A stretch of 56,627 nt of DNA, taken from contig MIAN01000104.1 of assembly GCA_001829125.1 (NCBI GenBank), forward strand, positions 1 to 56,627. Reading direction: 5' to 3'. Both the position numbers and the translations under genes were made by a program. Numbering within the stretch: the stretch's first letter is position 1; every line of letters begins with the position of its first letter. Below, piece by piece: positions 1 to 9,742 of this stretch. Under the pieces are notes generated by a model, which worked only from the letters and a program-made list of their open reading frames with translations, had not been told where the DNA came from and did no database searches. The DNA comes from Spirochaetes bacterium GWB1_27_13. Its GTDB lineage: Bacteria > Spirochaetota > GWE2-31-10 > MWDO01.

Positions 1-914
1 AAGTTGTTGACGAAGGATTGACTAAAAAAGTATTCTATAAAGAAGATGATGGAAGTGTTTGGATAAATAATGAAGATGTTGGGCTTGATAAAAAAGCAGT
101 GTTAAGAGGTGATGGAACAAGTATTTATATTACTCAAGACTTGGGAACTGCGATTAAAAGGCAAGAAAAATTTGGTTTTAATAGGCTTATTTATGTCGTT
201 GGATCAGAACAGATTTATCATTTTAAAACACTTTTTGAAATACTGAAAAAACTTGGCAATAAATGGGCAAATGATTGTTTTCACCTTTCTTATGGAATGG
301 TAAATTTACCTGAAGGCAAGATGAAAAGTCGCGAAGGAAAAGTCGTTGATGCTGATAATCTTATGGAATTACTCTTTGATATGGCAAAAGATGCGATTAA
401 TGAAAAACAAAAAGAATTGTCTGATGCAGAAAAAGCAGAAATTGCAAAAAAAGTATCACTATCGGCATTAAAATATTATTTGCTAAATTTTTCTACTATT
501 AAAGACGTTATGTTTATACCTGAAAAATCAATTAGTTTTGATGGAAATACAGGTCCTTATTTACAATACACGACAGCAAGGATTAATTCGTTACTTTTGA
601 AAGCAGGAAATTATTCTCAAACAAATATTTCTGAAAGTGATTATAATTTTAACTCTGATGAATGGAATGTAATTTCATATTTACTTGATTTTACAGACTC
701 TATAACAAAATCATGCGAAAATTATGCTCCTGTAGAGATTTGCACTTATTTATACGAATTAGCTAAACTTTATAACAAATTTTACCACGATAACCAAATT
801 TTAAATCAAGAAGAAAAAGTTAGAAATATCAGACTCTTAATTTCACAAGCAACTCTAATTACTTTAAAAAATGGACTTAACTTATTAGGTATAGAGCCAT
901 TAGAAAGAATGTAA
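1..914 (+). CDS. argS: arginine--tRNA ligase, C-terminal portion (5' end outside the window)
   Basis: Frame is open from the window edge. DALR-type anticodon-binding region and a C-terminal ...LLGIEPLERM end typical of ArgRS. A strong terminator follows. Confidence 0.85.
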   Translation, partial: VVDEGLTKKVFYKEDDGSVWINNEDVGLDKKAVLRGDGTSIYITQDLGTAIKRQEKFGFNRLIYVVGSEQIYHFKTLFEILKKLGNKWANDCFHLSYGMVNLPEGKMKSREGKVVDADNLMELLFDMAKDAINEKQKELSDAEKAEIAKKVSLSALKYYLLNFSTIKDVMFIPEKSISFDGNTGPYLQYTTARINSLLLKAGNYSQTNISESDYNFNSDEWNVISYLLDFTDSITKSCENYAPVEICTYLYELAKLYNKFYHDNQILNQEEKVRNIRLLISQATLITLKNGLNLLGIEPLERM

Positions 915-925
915 AATTTAAAAAC

Positions 926-972
926 TGCCAAAAAATTTAGATTTAATCTAAAACTTTTTGGCATTTCTTTTT
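926..972 (+). terminator. Rho-independent terminator after argS
   Basis: Long imperfect hairpin TGCCAAAAAATTTAGATT / AATCTAAAACTTTTTGGCA followed by TTTCTTTTT. Confidence 0.7.
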
Positions 973-1355
973 ATAGTATATAAAATCAATTGTTTTTGTA
1001 GTAAATAAAATTTTAAAAATATTAATATTTTAAAAACTATAGATTTTTTTATTAAATTAAGAAAAAGACAATTAATTTTTTAAAAAATTCAATTTATTAT
1101 TGAAAAATAAAAAATATGTAATATTATTAAGATGTTAAATGTTTTTTTTATACAGTTTTTTTTAAAAAAATTTACATTTAAGATTATTTAAGAAGATAGT
1201 AATAATTATGAAACTAATAAATAAGTACTTTTTTAATACAAATTATTTATATTTTTTCCAACCACTTTCGACTACTCTAGAGAAATCAATCTCAAATTAT
1301 TTATGGTTATATTTTTTTCAATATAAAAAAAATTAATTTTTAGTGAGGAGAATTT

Positions 1356-4300
1356 ATGAAAAAGATTTTTACTTTCCTTTTCTTTATTTCTTTATTTTTT
1401 GTTTTTTTAATAGGTTGTCAACAACCAACAACAGAAACAAAGACTGTAACATCGAGTTCTGGAACATCTGCTGGGACACCAACAAAACCAGAATATCCAT
1501 ATCCAATGGATAAAGCAAAAGATGTTCAACCATATCAAATCAAAATGTTGAGATGGTCTACTGTTCAAGATGTTAATGCAAAAGACCTTATTGATCTAAT
1601 TGGAGCTAATAACATAAGTCTTAAAGACTTGCTTGGAAGTAGCTCAACACAAGTTGATATGACAGGTGACCATTATAAAGATGGTATCGTAAAACAATGG
1701 ACAGAATATCTAAGTGCATTAGAATCATTTAACATGAAAGATGATATGTATTTTGATGTTTGTCTTGGCATAGTTGATGCTACAAATGATGAAATGCTAT
1801 TAACTTATAACCCTCCTGCTGTATATCATATTAAAGCTATTAAAGAAAGCCTTCCAATAGTTGAAGTTGATATTTCGGAAGTTTTAAAAAACTTTTATCA
1901 AACATCTGGTACAAGTGTAGGTGGTTTTAACCCTATAACTGGAAATAGTTTTATGCTCGAAAATGATAAAATCTATGTTTGGAAAGTAGTTGTTACAAAT
2001 GGTAATGGAGTTAAAGTAGAAAGTCCTTTATGGCAATTTAAAACAGCAAAAACAAATGCTCCTGTATTAGTATCAACATATTCTGACTTTATGAATAATC
2101 CTAATATTGCTCCACAAAATAACTCTTATGCTGGAAATGTATCACAAGTTAATCTAAAACTTCCACCACAAATTGTTCAAGACCCAGATGGAGATAATAT
2201 TTATTACGAATTATTCTTTGGACAATTGCCAAATTCTATGAAATCATTGGGAAATGTATTATTTGATGCTAATAATGGTGCTTTCGTAGACGTTACAGCA
2301 GATAACAACTATTTTTGGTATGTTGTAGCAAAAGATACAAATGGTGGTCAAATAAAATTACCGACTCTAAACTTTACTACAAAATATCATGCAAATACAG
2401 CACCAATTTTTAAAAATCCATTATTATCACCTGTAAATGGAGATCAAACTGCTGATAGAAATGTAAACTTAACTTTTACATGGCAATTAGCATCTGATAA
2501 TGAATCTAATGCTTTAACTTATGTTTTTTATTATGGCACAGATACAAGCAATTTGATAATGAATACAGTTCCTGCTATTAATATTGACAAAATTGGAACA
2601 TATACTATTAATGCTAATACGCTAGCATATAATACTACTTATTTATGGAAAGTAGATGTTATTGATAGTTATGGTTTAAGAACAGCAAGTCCTGTTTGGT
2701 CTTTTAAAACTAAAGCTAACCAAGCACCAATTTTTACAAATCCATTGATATATCCTGTAAATGGAGATCAAACCGCTGATACTACACCAACATTAAATTG
2801 GAGAATAGCAACAGATAATGAAGGTGAAACTTTAAGTTACACATTATATTATGGAAAAGATATAAACAAGTTAACAATGGTTACTGGAGGTTTTACTATT
2901 AGTGGAACTCTTGTAAGTTATACTCTACCAGTATTAGACAATTATTCTACATATTTCTGGAAAGTAGAAGTTAAAGATGCTTATGGTTTAATGACTTCAA
3001 GTGCTACTTGGTCTTTTAAAACTAAAGTATCAATACCAACAGACCCATCAGTTCCAATTCCCGCTTCTGGCTCAACTGCTATAACAACAAAACAAGTGTT
3101 AGAATGGACTGGTTCTACTGATGGAAATAATGTTGTAATTTATGATGTTTATATTGGAACAAATACAACTTTTACAAGCCCAGTAACATCTGATATTACA
3201 GTAAAATATTTTAAACCAACATTAGCTGTTAATACAACTTACTATTGGAAAGTCGTTGCTAAAAATAATTTTGGTGGTAAAGCAGAAAGCCCAATATGGA
3301 ATTTTAGAACAGAAAGTTCTCAGACAAGTTTCTTTACTGATTTTAAATTTGCAACTGGTCAAGATGAAACTAATTATGGTTTCACAAAGACAAATGGGGC
3401 ATTTGATAATTCACTCGGTTATCCATATCCTTCATTAACATTAACAAACTCAACAGGTAATATCAAAAATACAACTGCAAGCAATTTATTTAGTCAATCA
3501 GAAGTTGAATTTGATGTAAGAATTGGTAATGCAGATAATTACGAATTTGATCAACACGCAAATTTGACTACTGTAAGTTGGTATCTCGATAGATTTGTTA
3601 ATGCTAATAATCTAGCAAATCACATAGCACCAGCTACATGTTCAAGAAATCTTAGATATTCAACAGATTATACAGATAATCTAACAGCAATATCATCAGC
3701 TGATAGAACATTCTTATATACTGCAAATACTTATACAGTAGCTTTAGATTCAACTGCAAGTATAAATGACTTATATACTGGTGCAACTATTCAGAATTAT
3801 AGTGTTGCTATACCTAAGTATATAAAATATGGTACCTCAAATGCTAATGATTTAACAGTATCAGAGTTAGTGAACGATGCAGGAGCAGGAACTACAGGAG
3901 CAGAAGATCAGGCTATATTTAATGCTTGTTACGATGATATTCCAACATCAACACAAACATTTAACTGGACAACACCTTCTGCTGGTTCTAAAGATGTAAT
4001 ATATTATTATAGACATTATAAATTAAGAACTGGTTTAACAAACGAACAATTGACAGACCTCTACTATGTGTTGAAAAGAGCATCTGGAACTTACAGTATG
4101 ACAGCTTATGCTAATGCAAGCCCTTCATCTGGTGCTCAAACAACAGACCCTGCAACAGGTACATTACTAAATTCTGGCGATGTTGTAGAAGGATATATGA
4201 CTGCTTCTGGTGCTAGCAATTCAAACCCAACGACTGCTGGAACATATACATTCTATCGAATTACAGTAGGAGCTGCTGCTGATGTTTATATATCATTAAC

Positions 4301-5207
4301 AAGTATTCCTGTAGGTACTGATTATGATATGGCTTTATATGACAGTATAGCAAATGTATCATCAAATACAAGAATGGCTTCATCTGTTGTTCCATCAAAT
4401 GCAGATGATAGAATGGAAGTAAATTTACCTGGTGCAGGAACTTATTACTTAAAAGTATATTCTTACAATGGATTTAGTACAACAGATACATATAGATTGA
4501 CATATTTTATTAAAGATGTTAACCCATTTGTTTTAACAGAATCTTTTATAACAAATAATAGTGGTTCTACAACTGATGATAGTTTCTTTCAAACATATAC
4601 ACATACCTACTATACATTAAAAGATTTTGATGCTGGTACAAATCCAAATATGACTTATACAGCAGCTCAAAGAAATAGAGCAAGATCAATACTCGAACAA
4701 GTTTATTATACTTATTATACAGATGATACAGAGTTAAAAATTAAATTAACTAACTCATTAGCAACAGCAGATACAACTTACATAAAATATTCAAAGGATT
4801 TCCCATTTGAAATATTGTTTGATGTTACAATGGATTGTAGTAAAGAACAAATCTACTTATGGGGGTCTTATATAGATGATAATTTCAACCCAAATAATGG
4901 TGGCTCAAGAATAAAATATACAAAAACTGCCACAACAAAAAATCTTGGTGACTGGTTTAAAGTTAAACTTACCTCAACAGTAAATAGTACTGGTGGTAGT
5001 TACACTGTTTCTATTGATGGTACACCAGTTATAACAAATTTTGTATATGACAAGAGAACAACAACAGGTGGAAGAATCCCATCTAAAGTAGACAATTTTA
5101 TAATCGAAAATAATATTGCATCTGGTGCAGGATTGTCTCAAATTTGGATTGATAACCTATCATTTAAAATTAATGATTCAGGATGGTTAAAATCGATATT
5201 TTTCTAA
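1356..5207 (+). CDS. large surface lipoprotein with repeated FN3/Ig-like beta-sandwich modules, a PPC-type domain and a lectin-like C-terminus
   Basis: GAGGAG RBS then ATG. Signal peptide ending FLIGC (lipobox-like). Five modules of about 100 aa ending (W/L)xF(K/R/T)T. Segment GTYTFYRITV...GTYYLKVYSYNG...YRLTY resembles the bacterial pre-peptidase C-terminal domain. Ends ...IWIDNLSFKIN. Confidence 0.7.
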   Translation: MKKIFTFLFFISLFFVFLIGCQQPTTETKTVTSSSGTSAGTPTKPEYPYPMDKAKDVQPYQIKMLRWSTVQDVNAKDLIDLIGANNISLKDLLGSSSTQVDMTGDHYKDGIVKQWTEYLSALESFNMKDDMYFDVCLGIVDATNDEMLLTYNPPAVYHIKAIKESLPIVEVDISEVLKNFYQTSGTSVGGFNPITGNSFMLENDKIYVWKVVVTNGNGVKVESPLWQFKTAKTNAPVLVSTYSDFMNNPNIAPQNNSYAGNVSQVNLKLPPQIVQDPDGDNIYYELFFGQLPNSMKSLGNVLFDANNGAFVDVTADNNYFWYVVAKDTNGGQIKLPTLNFTTKYHANTAPIFKNPLLSPVNGDQTADRNVNLTFTWQLASDNESNALTYVFYYGTDTSNLIMNTVPAINIDKIGTYTINANTLAYNTTYLWKVDVIDSYGLRTASPVWSFKTKANQAPIFTNPLIYPVNGDQTADTTPTLNWRIATDNEGETLSYTLYYGKDINKLTMVTGGFTISGTLVSYTLPVLDNYSTYFWKVEVKDAYGLMTSSATWSFKTKVSIPTDPSVPIPASGSTAITTKQVLEWTGSTDGNNVVIYDVYIGTNTTFTSPVTSDITVKYFKPTLAVNTTYYWKVVAKNNFGGKAESPIWNFRTESSQTSFFTDFKFATGQDETNYGFTKTNGAFDNSLGYPYPSLTLTNSTGNIKNTTASNLFSQSEVEFDVRIGNADNYEFDQHANLTTVSWYLDRFVNANNLANHIAPATCSRNLRYSTDYTDNLTAISSADRTFLYTANTYTVALDSTASINDLYTGATIQNYSVAIPKYIKYGTSNANDLTVSELVNDAGAGTTGAEDQAIFNACYDDIPTSTQTFNWTTPSAGSKDVIYYYRHYKLRTGLTNEQLTDLYYVLKRASGTYSMTAYANASPSSGAQTTDPATGTLLNSGDVVEGYMTASGASNSNPTTAGTYTFYRITVGAAADVYISLTSIPVGTDYDMALYDSIANVSSNTRMASSVVPSNADDRMEVNLPGAGTYYLKVYSYNGFSTTDTYRLTYFIKDVNPFVLTESFITNNSGSTTDDSFFQTYTHTYYTLKDFDAGTNPNMTYTAAQRNRARSILEQVYYTYYTDDTELKIKLTNSLATADTTYIKYSKDFPFEILFDVTMDCSKEQIYLWGSYIDDNFNPNNGGSRIKYTKTATTKNLGDWFKVKLTSTVNSTGGSYTVSIDGTPVITNFVYDKRTTTGGRIPSKVDNFIIENNIASGAGLSQIWIDNLSFKINDSGWLKSIFF

Positions 5208-5242
5208 GATTATATAAATCAATAATGATTTAACAATCAAGG

Positions 5243-5279
5243 AGGCTATCTCAAAATTTTTTGAGATAGCCTTTTTTTG
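5243..5279. terminator. bidirectional terminator between convergent genes
   Basis: 14-bp perfect stem AGGCTATCTCAAAA / TTTTGAGATAGCCT with a T-run after it and an A-run before it. Confidence 0.75.
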
Positions 5280-5317
5280 AATTTACAAAATAGGGTAGGG
5301 TATGATTGAATGAGCTG

Positions 5318-5752
5318 CTATAAAATTTTATAAAGATATTCTAAAGAATCTATTAAACTAATAATTTTTAATGAATCGCTTTCCTTTTCTAATGATTTTG
5401 TAAGATGTTCTGTTTTAATATGGGCAACTATATCTCTTTTTTCAATGATTTTTTCTGTAAGAAATATTTTTACAATTCGTCTATTATCGTCGGGTCTAAT
5501 TCTTTTTAGTACTCCTTGTTTTTCTAATCTATCCACGATGCCAGAAACTGTACTTTTTGATAGATTTAATCTTTTACTTAGATCATTTAGAGTTATTTCA
5601 GGAGTACAAAAAAGTTCGTGAATTAATAATAATTGTGGCATAGTAAATCCAAGTTCGTTTCCATTTTCAATTATGTGGTCTTTAAATTTCTTTTGAATTC
5701 CTTTGAGTAAATCAACTATTTTGTTGGAATATTCATTCAATTGTTGCGACAT
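5318..5752 (-). CDS. MarR-family transcriptional regulator
   Basis: 144 aa. Winged-helix segment LSKSTVSGIVDRLEKQGVLKRIRPDDNRRIV. Last gene of the efflux operon, overlapping the MFS gene by 20 nt. Confidence 0.85.
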   Translation of the reverse strand: MSQQLNEYSNKIVDLLKGIQKKFKDHIIENGNELGFTMPQLLLIHELFCTPEITLNDLSKRLNLSKSTVSGIVDRLEKQGVLKRIRPDDNRRIVKIFLTEKIIEKRDIVAHIKTEHLTKSLEKESDSLKIISLIDSLEYLYKIL

Positions 5753-7298
5753 GTTCAGTCTCCTGTTTATTGTTATTATTTTTTTTATCTTTTATCATAA
5801 ATGCCAGAGGGATTGCAATTAAGGCAAAAATTGTAGAAACAACCAAAGTTGCATTTATAGCATCAAGAAATGCTTTTTGTTGAATAATTCCACCTAAAAT
5901 AGTCATTGCAGAGCCATAAGCGTTTTTTTGAATCATACCATTATGTATAAAGAGATTCTGATAAAATTTAATGAAATTTGTTGTCATTCTATTAAAGAGA
6001 GTAGAGTCAGCAGAATATTGAGCATATTTAGAATTTTGTACTCCCTGCATAACAGATATTAATATTGTTATACTCAAAGAACTTGAAAGTTGTCTTACAG
6101 TATTTGAAAGTGCGGATGCTCTTGCAACAAGATTTTGTGGTATTGAGTTCATTCCAGCTACTGAAGAAGGCATTGATGTAAGCCCCAAAGAAATTCCTCT
6201 TAAAACAAGAAGAAAAACAATTGTACTAATAGATGTATCGATTGTAAGTTTTGAAAGTAGATAAGTAGTAATAACCAAAATTATCACACATGGTATAACA
6301 AGTGGTTTAGCTCCAATTTTATCAAAAAGTTTTCCACCGATTGGCATAAGTAAACCTGTTGCAATAGCACTTGGAAACATTACAATTCCAGCCTGCATAG
6401 GAGTCAATCCTCTGAGATTTTGAAGGAATAGAGGCATTATAAAAATAACACCAAACATAGCCATATTAAGTACTGTTGTAATTATTATACTAAGACTAAA
6501 TGAAAAATTTTTTAAAATTCTAAGATCGAGTAAAGGTTCTGGATGCAGGAGTTCATTGACAACAAAAATTACAAGACTAAAAACACCTATAATTAACATA
6601 CAAACTATTTTTATATCAGACCAGTCAATGGATGTTCCCTCACCAAGAATATAAAGACAAAAAATTATTCCAACAGTAGAACTTATAAAACCAATTATAT
6701 CAAACTGTTTTATATCTTTTTTTGGAAAATCTTTTAATAAAACTATTGTTAAAATTACAGCAATTACTCCAATAGGTATATTTATTGTAAAAATTAGTCT
6801 CCAATCAAGGTATTGTATTATGTAACCACTTAAGGTAGGACCAATAGTAGGAGCTGCCATTGCAGCTATTCCCCAAAAGCCAAGAGCAAGACCTCGCTTT
6901 TCTTTTGGGACAATCTGAAAAATAATTGACATACTTACAGGCATTATCATTCCACCACCAAGCCCCTGAAGAATACGGAAAATAATCATACTGGTATTAC
7001 TCCACGCAAATCCACATAGAAGAGAGCCAATTGTGAAAGATGCAAGTGCAAAAATATAAACATTTTTTGTACCAAAACGATCTGAAAGATAACCTGTAAT
7101 TGGAATTACAGCCCCAAGAGTAAGTGTATAAGCAGTAATAATCCAACGAGCATCATCAACAGATGCCTGAAAGACAGCCATCATTTTTGGTATTGCTATA
7201 TTTACTATACTACTATCAAGGATAGCCATAAATGTACCAATAATGACTACTATTAAAGATGTCCATATATAAAAACTTTCATTTTGTTTGGAACTCAT
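5733..7298 (-). CDS. MFS drug efflux transporter, DHA2 (EmrB/QacA-like, 14 TMS)
   Basis: 521 aa and highly hydrophobic. Motif GYLSDRFGTKNVYI. Adjacent to a HlyD-family gene. Confidence 0.9.
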   Translation of the reverse strand: MSSKQNESFYIWTSLIVVIIGTFMAILDSSIVNIAIPKMMAVFQASVDDARWIITAYTLTLGAVIPITGYLSDRFGTKNVYIFALASFTIGSLLCGFAWSNTSMIIFRILQGLGGGMIMPVSMSIIFQIVPKEKRGLALGFWGIAAMAAPTIGPTLSGYIIQYLDWRLIFTINIPIGVIAVILTIVLLKDFPKKDIKQFDIIGFISSTVGIIFCLYILGEGTSIDWSDIKIVCMLIIGVFSLVIFVVNELLHPEPLLDLRILKNFSFSLSIIITTVLNMAMFGVIFIMPLFLQNLRGLTPMQAGIVMFPSAIATGLLMPIGGKLFDKIGAKPLVIPCVIILVITTYLLSKLTIDTSISTIVFLLVLRGISLGLTSMPSSVAGMNSIPQNLVARASALSNTVRQLSSSLSITILISVMQGVQNSKYAQYSADSTLFNRMTTNFIKFYQNLFIHNGMIQKNAYGSAMTILGGIIQQKAFLDAINATLVVSTIFALIAIPLAFMIKDKKNNNNKQETEHVATIE

Positions 7299-7343
7299 TT
7301 TTTACCTCATCATATTCTTCTAAATATTCTTTAGAAAAATACT

Positions 7344-7997
7344 TTATTTTATACTGATTTTAACGAATGCGTTTGTTCCAACTACAAATCTTGAGTCTAT
7401 ATTATCCAATTTTATTTTTACTGGAATCTTTTGTACAACTTTTGTAAAAGTAGACCCAGAATTTGATGGGAAAAGAGAAAAAGTTGAGTTTGAAGCTTTA
7501 GCAATAGTATAAACTTTTCCGCTAAATTGTTCACCTCCAAATAGATCAAGTTTAATATTAACTTTTTGTCCTATTTGAACTTTTTTTATCTTTGTTTCTT
7601 CTATATTTGCAGAGATATAAAACTCTTTAGGATCAGCTAAATATAAAATAGTTTGTCCAGCCGCTATAATTTCGCCAACAGTTCCTTGTTTTTTGATAAC
7701 AGTCCCATTAATTGGCGAGCGAATCAAAGATAACTCAATGTTAGAATCTATTTGATTTATTATGTCTATTTTTCCAATTATCTGATCTTTTAATATGTAA
7801 CTTCCTTCGTCTACAAAAAGGTCTGCAAGTTTACCAGTCGCTTGAGAACTTACCACAACCATATCGCCAGAAATATGAGCATCTTCAGTAGAAACAAAAA
7901 AAGTATTATTATACCAATAATAACCAATGACCAACAAAAGTATTAATGCCATTAAACTTAATATAATTAAAATAATTTGTTTTCTTTTTTCTTTCAT
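7344..7997 (-). CDS. HlyD-family membrane fusion protein (short form)
   Basis: N-terminal TM helix, then lipoyl-like and beta-barrel segments (GKIDI...SPINGTVIKK...). First gene of the operon with MFS and MarR. Confidence 0.8.
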   Translation of the reverse strand: MKEKRKQIILIILSLMALILLLVIGYYWYNNTFFVSTEDAHISGDMVVVSSQATGKLADLFVDEGSYILKDQIIGKIDIINQIDSNIELSLIRSPINGTVIKKQGTVGEIIAAGQTILYLADPKEFYISANIEETKIKKVQIGQKVNIKLDLFGGEQFSGKVYTIAKASNSTFSLFPSNSGSTFTKVVQKIPVKIKLDNIDSRFVVGTNAFVKISIK

Positions 7998-8258
7998 TAT
8001 AATTTCTCCTAAAGACTTAAATTAATTTGTTTTATCTTTATCAAAACCTATTAAACCATGCGAGTATATACAATAACTATATTTAACTTTTAAAATTTGT
8101 AATAAATTTAAAACTTTTTGATATATATTGTAGAAATATATATAAAGAAAAAAGTATTCTAAAAAAGATTTACGATTGACAATTTATTAATATTATGTTT
8201 AAATTTATAAAGTATTATCAGGATATTGAGTTTCTTAATATTTTGGTCTAGTAGGTAA

Positions 8259-9725
8259 TTGATGAAAGAATTAACGAAATCCAAATTAAAATTAATAACA
8301 TTTTTTTTTATAATCTTATGGTTTTCAATATTATTGATTATTTATTTATGGATTTTAAATGATAAGAAAGCAGAAACCATTTTACGTGTAAAAGAAATTG
8401 CAGAAACTGTTTTTTATAAAGATATTATGTATAGAAAATGGGCTTCTTTTCATGGAGGTGTTTATGTCCCAATTACAAAAGATACAAAGCCAAATGAATA
8501 TTTAAATATAAAAGACAGAGATATTAAAACTATTGACGACAAAGAGTTTACTTTAATTAATCCTGCATATATGATAAGGCAGGTGGCAGAGATAAGTAAA
8601 AAAGAATACAATATTATTACCCATATTACGAGTTTAAAATACAAAAATCCTAAAAATGCCCCAGATAATTGGGAAAAAAAATCCTTAGAAAAAATGACTA
8701 GTAGCTTAAAAGAATATTCTACAATAGAAAAAATCGATGGTAGAGAATATGTTAGATATATTCAAGGATTAACAATAGAGGAAAGTTGTTTAAAATGTCA
8801 TAATACTGAAGGTTATAAAGTTGGAGATTTGAAAGGTGGAATAAGTGTTTCAATTCTTTTAGATCCATTTAAAGAAATAGACAAAAAATATCTTTTTAGT
8901 TATACGATAAAATATATTATAATTCTTTTAATTGGAATTGGCATAATAATAATTGGATGGTATATAATTTATCTATCTTTAATGGAACTAAATAAATCAA
9001 AAGAAAAAATAAATTTTCAGAATAAAAAATTAGAAGAGATAAATTCAATAAAAGATAAATTTTTTTCAATAATAGCACATGATTTAAGAAATCCTTTTTC
9101 TCAAATATTAAACCTTTCACAACTAATTATAGATGATTACGATAATCTTAAAGATGCTGAGATAAAAAAATTTGTTATGATGATAAATCAAAGCTCGATA
9201 AAAACATATGAATTATTAGAAAATTTATTAAATTGGTCTCGTTCACAATTAAATAAGATTAGTATAAATAAAAAATTAACAAAATTAGGTGAAATACTTA
9301 ATAAAGTTATAAAAACATTAGAATATATAGCAAAAGAAAAGAATATTAATATAAATTATGATAATATGAATGATATTCAATTATATAGCGATGAAAATAT
9401 ATTAGAAACAGTTTTAAGAAATTTAATTTCAAATTCACTAAAATTTACAAACAAAGGTGGAGAAATTTCTATTACGGTAAAACAAACAAATGATGTAGTT
9501 GAAATAGTAATTTGTGATAATGGAGTTGGTATTGAAAAAAATAAAATACCAGGTTTGTTAGATTTAAGTACACATAGTACAACTTATGGAACGAATAACG
9601 AAAAAGGAAGTGGGTTAGGTCTAATAATTTGTAAAGAGTTTATAGAAAAACTTAATGGTAAAATCCATATAGAAAGCGAAAAGAATATGGGTACAAAAAT
9701 AATCATTAGTTTAAAAAATAATTAA
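8259..9725 (+). CDS. sensor histidine kinase with a periplasmic CXXCH (heme c-type) sensor domain
   Basis: Two TM segments flank a roughly 200-aa domain containing CLKCH (8787-8801). H-box FFSIIAHDLRNPF, N-box LISNSLKFT, G-boxes DNGVGI and GSGLGL. No response-regulator gene is adjacent. Confidence 0.85.
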   Translation: MMKELTKSKLKLITFFFIILWFSILLIIYLWILNDKKAETILRVKEIAETVFYKDIMYRKWASFHGGVYVPITKDTKPNEYLNIKDRDIKTIDDKEFTLINPAYMIRQVAEISKKEYNIITHITSLKYKNPKNAPDNWEKKSLEKMTSSLKEYSTIEKIDGREYVRYIQGLTIEESCLKCHNTEGYKVGDLKGGISVSILLDPFKEIDKKYLFSYTIKYIIILLIGIGIIIIGWYIIYLSLMELNKSKEKINFQNKKLEEINSIKDKFFSIIAHDLRNPFSQILNLSQLIIDDYDNLKDAEIKKFVMMINQSSIKTYELLENLLNWSRSQLNKISINKKLTKLGEILNKVIKTLEYIAKEKNININYDNMNDIQLYSDENILETVLRNLISNSLKFTNKGGEISITVKQTNDVVEIVICDNGVGIEKNKIPGLLDLSTHSTTYGTNNEKGSGLGLIICKEFIEKLNGKIHIESEKNMGTKIIISLKNN

Positions 9726-9742
9726 TATAACACTGATATGAT

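Noticed and set aside
3256-3438. 60-aa out-of-frame ORF inside the lipoprotein gene.
   Set aside because: It is embedded in a strongly supported 1283-aa frame and has no independent signals.
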